NCBI GenBank assembly: GCA_046757165.1
Contig: JBHHXT010000137.1
Location: forward strand, 1 to 12,609
DNA: 12,609 bases
Source of the DNA: a bacterium
GTDB lineage: Bacteria > Zhuqueibacterota > Zhuqueibacteria > Oceanimicrobiales > Oceanimicrobiaceae
Direction of reading: 5' to 3'
Within the stretch, counting starts at the first letter, position 1. Each line of letters opens with the position of its first letter. The notes beneath the pieces were generated by a model that was not told where the DNA came from, did not search any database, and was given only the letters and a program-made list of their open reading frames with translations. The position numbers and the translations under genes are program-made. Positions 7,801 through 12,609 of this stretch are shown here, piece by piece.

Positions 7801-8308
7801 GCGCCGTTTTACGCCATACAAGGAGCTCGCCTCGAAGTCACTGCGCCGTGGCAACAGGCCAGGACCGGGCGGCTGGTTCCACAAGGATGAATATGTCTTC
7901 AGCAAACACGCGCAATTTCTGGCTCGTCTCATCCCGGCCGGCGGCCGCGCCGGGGTCGGCAGCCATGGTCAATTACAGGGGCTGGGCTACCACTGGGAAT
8001 TGTGGTCCGTTCAATCCGGCGGCCTTTCAGAACACGACGCACTGCGTGTGGCCACCATCTACGGCGCGGAGGGCATCGGCTTTGGCCACGACATCGGCAG
8101 CCTCGAGCCGGGCAAGCTTGCGGACCTGGTCGTCCTGGATGCCAACCCGCTGGAGAATATTCGCAATACGAACACCATCCGGTTCGTGATGAAGAATGGC
8201 CGGCTTTACCAAGGAGACACGCTCAATGAAGTCTGGCCACGAAAACGGGCTTTGCCGGATCCGCCGTGGCGGAATCGTGCGCCGCAGACAGCAGCCGGGA
8301 TACGGTAA
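4859..8308 (+). CDS. Exported multidomain protein: TolB-like PD40 beta-propeller repeats plus C-terminal metal-dependent amidohydrolase (imidazolonepropionase-like)
   Basis: SD AAAGGAG before ATG and an N-terminal basic plus hydrophobic segment. Repeated PxW/FSPDG motifs (PRFSPDGK, PEWTSDGK, PALSPDG, PTWSPDGK, AWSPDG, PAWSADG). Amidohydrolase motifs GKTILPGFVDTHYH, YGVTT, LEH, ATIYGA and IGSLEPGKLADLVVLDANPL. Confidence 0.92.
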   Translation: MLSSLISCKRMPRQFPQRRGRAGKQWATALWVMLCFVCGSQGAPLTPGRGSLPTTSVREDTTQKEEENGEEKEKKGLPLEPGRTLSFTAQEATWMSVDVSADGQTIVFDLLGDLYALPISGGQATRITSGMAYDVQPRFSPDGKRVAFISDSSGSDNVWILEWDSKERKALTEEKSGYLLSPEWTSDGKYIVFSKGKGVFGPPKLWMIHIDGGSGVQLIKEPENLKTLGAAFGAEQRYIWYAQRMRDWQYNAIFPQYQLARYDRDTGKSTRMTSRYGSALRPALSPDGNYLVYGTRYDHQTGLRIRELATGEERWLAYPVQRDDQEARATMDVLPGYSFTPDSRAIIVSYGGKIWRVPIDGTEATQIPFTAEVNLALGPEVRFDYQIDDATSFVARQIRHAVPSPDGKKLAFTALDRLWVRALPEGKPKRLTKSKVGEHYPTWSPDGKWIAYVTWEDANGGHISKVAARGGTPVQLTETRALYKHTAWSPDGNRIVAIRASARDLQESTGFFRGGLASQFVYVPASGGPVRTIAPTEGRTAPHFTSDASRIYAYSPDEGLISMRWDGTDVKTHVKVTGSKLPGAKKPTRATLMLMAPTGDQAVAQVINHLYSVTVPYVGGETPTVSVAKPENAAFPARKLTDIGGQFPAWSADGKQIHWSIGNAFVTYDLEEAKAFEDSLEAAEEDTTAQDTTTAKAEEKEEKKERPRYKPREQRIKVMATRDLPQGTLVLRGARVITMKGHEIIEKGDIVVRNHRIAGVGPTGQVEIPAGAEVMELAGKTILPGFVDTHYHAQWLIPETHSTQVWQYLANLAYGVTTTRDPQTATTDILTYSDLVETGDMIGPRIYSTGPGVFWVEQIKDLEHARKVLKRYSDYYDTKTFKMYMSGNRQQRQWLIMAAKELHLMPTTEGGLDFKLNLTHAIDGYSGLEHTLPIYPLYEDVKELFVKSGITYSPTLLVSYGGPFGENYYFTTENVYGDEKLRRFTPYKELASKSLRRGNRPGPGGWFHKDEYVFSKHAQFLARLIPAGGRAGVGSHGQLQGLGYHWELWSVQSGGLSEHDALRVATIYGAEGIGFGHDIGSLEPGKLADLVVLDANPLENIRNTNTIRFVMKNGRLYQGDTLNEVWPRKRALPDPPWRNRAPQTAAGIR

Positions 8309-8313
8309 AATAC

Positions 8314-8400
8314 CTCACGCAAAGACGCGAAGTCCGCAAAGAAAAAACAAAGAAATCGCTGTTGTCTGAGATCTTCGTGTTCTTAGTATCTTTGTGTGAG
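8314..8400 (+). repeat. Long imperfect hairpin built from ~9-nt tandem units (REP-like); may act as terminator or 3' stabiliser
   Basis: CTCACGCAAAGACGCGAAGTCCGCAAAG (8314-8341) pairs with CTTCGTGTTCTTAGTATCTTTGTGTGAG (8373-8400). Several mismatches become G-U pairs on the plus strand. Begins 5 nt after the amidohydrolase stop. Confidence 0.6.
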
Positions 8401-8423
8401 ACTCTTTTGTGCTCGGTGTTTTC

Positions 8424-8453
8424 ACCTAATGATGCGGCTTCGCCGCGTTAGGT
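8424..8453. repeat. REP-like GCGGC hairpin
   Basis: ACCTAA-tgat-GCGGC-TTC-GCCGC-g-TTAGGT; same GCGGC-N3/4-GCCGC..AGG pattern as 98-118. Confidence 0.5.
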
Positions 8454-8474
8454 AGGGAGAAGATTTCTTCGCGG

Positions 8475-8605
8475 TGCCCAAAACAGGCAGTGATCCGACA
8501 CCGTTTGTAACGGTGTCTTCGTAAGTCCAGGTTAATCAAACGATAAACAGCTTAGTTAAAACACGGTCAGAGACCGTGTTGGATCATTTCTGCACCTTTT
8601 TGGCA
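8475..8605. mobile_element. ~131-bp symmetric MITE-like element with imperfect terminal inverted repeats and two internal perfect hairpins
   Basis: Left end TGCCCAAAACAGGCAGTGATCCGACAC resembles the reverse complement of the right end, TGCCAAAAAGGTGCAGAAATGATCCAACAC. Internal GACACCGTT-TGT-AACGGTGTC (8497-8517) and AACACGGTC-AGA-GACCGTGTT (8560-8580). Confidence 0.5.
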
Positions 8606-8643
8606 GTTAGATCTACGTTGAATTATGCCGCCGGGAAGGGAAC

Positions 8644-8703
8644 AAAAAAAAAGCGACCACGTAACCGGAGGGAGGAATAAGGTAGTATAATTACGTGGCC
8701 GCT
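8644..8703 (-). terminator. Intrinsic-terminator-like 13-bp stem with U-tract on the minus strand and a 26-nt CU-rich loop
   Basis: Minus strand AGCGGCCACGTAA-[TTATACTACCTTATTCCTCCCTCCGG]-TTACGTGGTCGCT-TTTTTTTT. The single non-Watson-Crick pair is G-U only on the minus strand. Confidence 0.65.
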
Positions 8704-8726
8704 CCAATCAAACTCATAACTACACT
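8644..8726 (-). ncRNA. Candidate ~80-nt small RNA with an anti-SD loop
   Basis: The terminator above has no upstream minus-strand gene. Upstream minus-strand GGAACTT (8755-8761)-N16-TACTAT (8733-8738) is promoter-like. The 5' end is estimated. Confidence 0.45.
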
Positions 8727-8775
8727 CATAAGATAGTATTCATCAAAGCGCGAAAAGTTCCGCCTTTTTTGTCGA

Positions 8776-8786
8776 ATGTCGGACAT
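8776..8786. promoter_or_regulatory. Dyad ATGTC-G-GACAT, GntR/FadR-operator-like
   Basis: Perfect 5-1-5 palindrome between the candidate sRNA promoter and the Cyc2-like gene. It resembles the GTC-N-GAC core of FadR-subfamily operators. Confidence 0.25.
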
Positions 8787-8916
8787 AAGACGTGAGACGG
8801 CAGTATGAATCTTTCCAGATCGTTTTGCCCATTGCCTTTTAGAAGAATCCCACCCTCACGGTCGAGCAACCGGTGCGGCCGTGAGCATCTTTCATCAACA
8901 GACGAGGTAAATACAT

Positions 8917-10086
8917 ATGCTTATCTATACAATGACAACCAGAACAAGTCTTGTCCGGGCTCTTTTGCTCACCTGGTGCGCCATAGGCGTGTTTTCCGAT
9001 TTGCAGAAGGCATACGGAGTGCCATATTTTGCACGCAAACACAACGCAAACTGTAATACCTGCCATGTGATCCCTCCCATGCTCAATCAGTTTGGTGAAG
9101 ACTTCTTGGCAAACGGTTACAGCTTTCCAAAGAGCGAGCATACAAAAAAGACCTGGCCTTTTGCCTTATGGCTGACCCAAAGCGGTGAGGCACAGCATTC
9201 CAATGATATTGACAAGACGTTCCCCAATAAAGTGGAATTGATTTCCGGCGGGCCGATTGGCAATTCGCCCGTCAGCTATTTTCTGGAATGGCGAATCCTC
9301 AGCCAACAAACACGGTCCGACGGCAGCCTAAAAGATAGAAGTGGCAGATTCGAAGATCTGTTCATCATCTACAAGGTTTCAAATTCATTAAATCTCAAAG
9401 CAGGGCAATATCGCCTTCTCAACCAGATCGATGATTCCAGAAAACTAGGACTGTCATCTCCTGTCGTCATTGGCGCGAAAATTCCGGGAAGCGGCGGCAG
9501 CGATGCCAGGGAAAAATCTCTTCGGGCATTTGCGCCTAACGGTCGCTCTCCTTCCGTCAGCGTGGAACATCGATCCATGCCAGGGGGCCATGCGGCTGAT
9601 GGATGGTTCAATATCGTCAGTCTTGTATTTCCAGGTGAGTTTTCAATCCCCCTGACGGATGAAGCAAGAGATGAAGCCAGTTTTGAATTTGGTTCAGAAC
9701 CCAAGGGGGTTTTTGGGGAATCGTTTTACCGAAAAGGCCTGAGCTCTGTGGGTGCGCATCTATTCATAGATGACGGGAGAAGTATGGGGAGCCTCATGGG
9801 CGTCCATAACCGGGGGCGGTGGTTTTCAAGACTGGGTTTGGGATTTGGACGTTTCGGTGGTGAAACAAACGCCAGGTTTACCCTGGAACATGAACTCATT
9901 CCCGCCGACTTTTTCTCCGTTGGGGCGCGTCTCGACCACCAAACCGAAGTGGAGAACGGCACATCTTTGCTGACAAACATCAACCTGCAGTGGCCGCGAA
10001 CGCTATGGACGCTTCGTCTTGTGTTAGAGCAGAGAATCCATTCCGATAATCACGCCACACGCGCTGAGTTGAGCCTGATCTTTTGA
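8917..10086 (+). CDS. cyc2: Cyc2-like fused monoheme cytochrome c / outer-membrane beta-barrel porin
   Basis: SD GAGGT and a signal peptide ending ...AYG. Then VPYFARKHNAN-CNTCH-VIPPMLNQFGEDFLANGY, matching the Cyc2 N-terminal pattern (PxFAR[Q/K], CxxCH, PxL, GxxFxxxGY). Single CxxCH, alternating amphipathic strands, LKAGQY, and C-terminal beta-signal ending in Phe (AELSLIF). Confidence 0.8.
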   Translation: MLIYTMTTRTSLVRALLLTWCAIGVFSDLQKAYGVPYFARKHNANCNTCHVIPPMLNQFGEDFLANGYSFPKSEHTKKTWPFALWLTQSGEAQHSNDIDKTFPNKVELISGGPIGNSPVSYFLEWRILSQQTRSDGSLKDRSGRFEDLFIIYKVSNSLNLKAGQYRLLNQIDDSRKLGLSSPVVIGAKIPGSGGSDAREKSLRAFAPNGRSPSVSVEHRSMPGGHAADGWFNIVSLVFPGEFSIPLTDEARDEASFEFGSEPKGVFGESFYRKGLSSVGAHLFIDDGRSMGSLMGVHNRGRWFSRLGLGFGRFGGETNARFTLEHELIPADFFSVGARLDHQTEVENGTSLLTNINLQWPRTLWTLRLVLEQRIHSDNHATRAELSLIF

Positions 10087-10131
10087 CGGGTGTGTTGCTT
10101 GCGGAGAGCTTGTCTAGCAAGAGGCAAATCC

Positions 10132-10185
10132 ATTGTTCTATTGTTGAATTGTTCATCAGGAGCAGCAATGGAACAATAGAACAAT
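10132..10185. repeat. Inverted repeat made of 8-nt tandem units (ATTGTTCT)
   Basis: ATTGTTCT-ATTGTTGA-ATTGTTC on the left and GCAATG-GAACAATA-GAACAAT on the right. Perfect 14-bp stem ATTGTTCTATTGTT (10132-10145) with AACAATAGAACAAT (10172-10185). Confidence 0.65.
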
Positions 10186-10307
10186 AAGTTTCACGTCCCA
10201 GGGATTGAGCAGCAGCACACCGCTGGATGCTCTGAACGTTTTGCTGACATCGTTCTTTATTACTCGGACCTTTATGTTACCAGAACCCAAGGACATGGAC
10301 CTGTGCA

Positions 10308-10629
10308 ATGGTTCCCGATAAAACGATTTGCGAAGCCGTAAACGCGCTGGTTGCCGAGGCCCGGCCGACCATGATAATTCTATTCGGCTCGCACGCACGC
10401 CGCGCTGCCGGGGACGAACTCTGACGTCGACTTATTGGTTGTCATGCCTCAGGTCAAAAGCGAGCACAAAGAAATGGTGCGCTTGCGTCGCGTGCTTCGC
10501 CCCCATCGTATTCCAGCTGACCTGCTCGTTTATTCAAAGCAGGAAGTGGATGAATGGGGTCATCTGCCGGGCACTGAGCTTTATTGGGTCTTAAAGAAAG
10601 GCAAGGTGGTTTATGAAGCAGCCCATTGA
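10308..10629 (+). pseudogene. Minimal nucleotidyltransferase (MNT antitoxin), frameshifted
   Basis: ATG 10308 gives MVPDKTICEAVNALVAEARPTMIILFGSHARRAAG, then stops at TGA 10422. Removing one base near the GGGG run (10410-10413) restores ...G-TNSDVDLLVVMPQ...PADLLVYS...KGKVVYEAAH, the GS-x10-DxD pol-beta motif. Confidence 0.85.
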
Positions 10630-10783
10630 CCTGGCACGGCGATTCTTACTCCTGGCGGAGCAAGACATCTTGGCTTTCCACATCCTGATTGCGAGTGAAG
10701 ATGTCGGTGACGCGCAAGTGGGCGGCAACGACCAACATGCGGTCCGGGAGTCAGGGATAAGCAGGAGAACCAGTGTGGACTAA
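10613..10783 (+). pseudogene. Truncated, degenerate HEPN-domain toxin (N-terminal part only)
   Basis: ATG overlaps the MNT 3' end. MKQPIDLARRFLLLAEQDILAFHILIASEDVGDAQVGGNDQHAV resembles the HEPN N-terminus (A..W...A..D.....F.AQQAVEK) with the FHAQQ motif decayed. It stops after 56 aa, before any R-x4-6-H/Y motif. Confidence 0.65.
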
Positions 10784-10890
10784 TCAAAGAGGATCGTCTC
10801 AGATGCCAAAGTTGTGCTTGGCAAACCCCCGCGCCTTCTGCGGAGCTGGTCCCGCTCAAGCGTGACATTTAATCACGCCTGAACTTTTTG

Positions 10891-10919
10891 TTGACATTTG
10901 CGTCACATTTCGCTACTTT
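10891..10919 (+). promoter_or_regulatory. sigma70-like promoter pointing into the cassette array (Pc-like)
   Basis: TTGACA (10891-10896), 17-nt spacer, TACTTT (10914-10919). Preceded by dyad GCGTGA-N7-TCACGC (10860-10878). Confidence 0.55.
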
Positions 10920-11066
10920 TCATTAATCCCTATCTTCAACTACGATTTCCAATCTCGATTGAATGCACCTGTGCGGCGATGACCTCTGGTTTTCAGAAAG
11001 GGAGAAAACGAAGTGATCGTGAACAGACGGGTAGTTTCGTTTTTCAAATGCGCCAGTATCTCGAGC

Positions 11067-11108
11067 ATCGGACTTATCCAGTTTCCCGATATCGCCCCTG
11101 TTATGTGG
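11067..11108 (+). other. Integron recombination point (attI-like), crossover G^TT at 11100/11101
   Basis: GTTATGTGG (11100-11108) is the exact reverse complement of CCACATAAC (12433-12441) at the R'' end of the downstream attC. Composition shifts toward AT-rich after this point, and no attC-type L boxes are seen upstream. Confidence 0.6.
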
Positions 11109-12557
11109 GTAGAGTTCAAGCCTTCTGATTGGTGTAGCTAACAAACGCGAGGTTTTTGCAATCATTGTATATTAAGAAAGGAATATTAATGAAGACACTA
11201 CAACTATCCTTTTTGCTATTATTAATAGTGGCCAGTGGTTCTTTTTCTCAGGATCAAAACAGTGTGAAATTGCAGCAATATATCAAGACGTTAGAAGATA
11301 AGGGCGAAGAGCCGATTAGCTTCGTTCTCAACAAACTCAAAGATTATGACCTCATACTATTTGACGACGCGTTACATACCGCTGTTGAACCCTTTGAGTT
11401 CTACCAAAAATTGATAAAAGAAAAGCGCTTTCAAGAAAGAGTCAAATATGTTTTTCTGGAACTCGTTTCGATCAATCAGCAGCAGGCTATTGATGCCTAT
11501 CTTGAGGCAGAAACAAATGACTTAAGTCTGTTGTATCCAGCTTTTCAAAATAATTTCAGCGGCCTCGGTTGGCGACCTAAAACATATTTTGATTTGTTAC
11601 AAACTATTTGGACAGTAAACGCATCTTTAATTCCCGAAAATCGGTTAAAAGTAATTGCTGTCAATGCACCCACTTACTGGTCGGAAATTCATACTCAAGA
11701 GGATGTCGAGCTGTTCAAGCTTTCACTTTCAGGCAACGATTATACGATGCACCAAATAATTCTCTCCTATATGGATAATTTTCGATCTGGTAGAAAGGGC
11801 ATTTTTCTCACAAATACACGTCATGCCTATAAGGGAATTAAAAACCGTGAAAATAAATATTACTGGAATTGCGGTACTTTTTTTAACTTAGACAATCCGG
11901 GAAAAACCTATTCCATTCGCTTCCACAATATTAATCGAAGTTTAGAAAATAAAAGTGTTAAGTGGGTTCGCAATGAAAATGGTTTATGGGACAGTGCATT
12001 TAAAGCATTCGGCGACAAACCCATTGTCATTGACTTAAAAGATACCCCTTTTGGTAAGGCGAGTTACATTGGAAACCATGTGCCTGATGTAGCTTCTGGC
12101 CAAACTATGTACGATGCTTACGATGCACTGATTTTTTTGGCACCGATTGAGAAATTACGCCGAACAGCTATGGTAGATTATTTTTACACAGAAAAATTTA
12201 AACAGGAATTAGAAAGACGAGCGAAATTTCTTTATACACAGGAACAGATTGAAGAAATTCTAAACAATTATGGTTTGAAGTCCATAAGGGGATTTATAGA
12301 TAATTTTTTTATATATGAACCTGAATCATTGGAGCCTTTAGCCAAATCGATCGGGGCTATTGACGCTTGGAAAACCGCAAAATAAGACAGTCCTGATGAG
12401 AGATTAACAGGTTTTCAGTTAAATATCATTTGCCACATAACATTTTGCTTCAGTGGACGAAGGGCTCTTTTTGAATGGCATGCTTCTGTGCTCTCTCAAA
12501 GCTTATTTCTAAATCGGCGCTCAGGTGTGTTGTCGTCCTTCGCCACTGAGCATCGTG
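11101..12557 (+). mobile_element. Integron gene cassette (1457 bp) carrying one ORF
   Basis: Bounded by G^TTATGTGG and G^TTGGCA. Contains a single AT-rich ORF followed by an attC. Circularisation would give a fully paired R box. Confidence 0.8.
11189..12385 (+). CDS. Secreted protein, probable EreA/ChaN/Tiki-superfamily fold (erythromycin-esterase-like), function unknown
   Basis: SD AAAGGA and ATG 11189 (the track's TTG at 11156 is likely overextended). Signal peptide MKTLQLSFLLLLIVASGSFS. Motif order LILFDDALH / YVFLE / LKVIAVN / NDYTM / KGIFLTNTRH parallels the GE-H / LE / G-D / RD..M / G..H motifs of that superfamily. Confidence 0.75.
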   Translation: MKTLQLSFLLLLIVASGSFSQDQNSVKLQQYIKTLEDKGEEPISFVLNKLKDYDLILFDDALHTAVEPFEFYQKLIKEKRFQERVKYVFLELVSINQQQAIDAYLEAETNDLSLLYPAFQNNFSGLGWRPKTYFDLLQTIWTVNASLIPENRLKVIAVNAPTYWSEIHTQEDVELFKLSLSGNDYTMHQIILSYMDNFRSGRKGIFLTNTRHAYKGIKNRENKYYWNCGTFFNLDNPGKTYSIRFHNINRSLENKSVKWVRNENGLWDSAFKAFGDKPIVIDLKDTPFGKASYIGNHVPDVASGQTMYDAYDALIFLAPIEKLRRTAMVDYFYTEKFKQELERRAKFLYTQEQIEEILNNYGLKSIRGFIDNFFIYEPESLEPLAKSIGAIDAWKTAK

Positions 12558-12563
12558 TTGGCA
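12435..12563 (+). other. attC site (129 bp)
   Basis: R'' ACATAAC (12435-12441), 5-nt spacer, arm GCTTCAGTGGACGAAGG (12447-12463), variable region, arm CCTTCGCCACTGAGC (12537-12551), 5-nt spacer, R' GTTGGCA (12557-12563). The arms pair perfectly except for two extrahelical bases (T and A) on the L'' side. Confidence 0.88.
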
Positions 12564-12609
12564 GTAATAAAGTAAAGCACTCATAATAAAGAATAAGTGG
12601 GTAAACTGA

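Noticed and set aside
8424..8453. CCTAAT...GTTAGGT as an attC site
   Set aside because: Only 30 bp, lacks the AAC triplet and L boxes; better explained as a REP-like hairpin.
11134..11160. GCTAAC-aaacgcg as the start of a second attC inside the cassette leader
   Set aside because: No complementary arm or properly spaced GTT partner is visible.
10784..11165. Small ORFs 10898-11128 (+) and 10923-11165 (-) as an integrase remnant
   Set aside because: No tyrosine-recombinase or IntI N-terminal motifs, no SD, and both cross the cassette boundary.

Overview
GC-rich bacterial window, probably from an FCB-group or KSB1-like lineage (inferred from intergenic repeat style and D-S/T-x linker motifs), ending in an AT-rich acquired segment. 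Left: a minus-strand operon of egtD (histidine N-alpha-trimethyltransferase), an OpuA-type ABC ATPase and a fused betaine-type binding protein/permease, with no sulfur-insertion gene visible. Divergent from it are a PLP fold-type II Ser/Thr dehydratase-family gene and a large exported PD40/TolB-propeller plus amidohydrolase protein. A structured intergenic region follows (REP-like hairpins, a ~130-bp symmetric MITE-like element, and a candidate anti-Shine-Dalgarno-loop sRNA on the minus strand). Next come a stand-alone Cyc2-like monoheme cytochrome-porin, a decayed MNT-HEPN toxin-antitoxin pair, and the start of an integron-type cassette array. The array has a sigma70-like promoter, an attI-like crossover point at 11100/11101, one complete cassette encoding a secreted EreA/ChaN-like protein, and a clear 129-bp attC, but no adjacent integrase. 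All calls are from reading the sequence; no searches were run.
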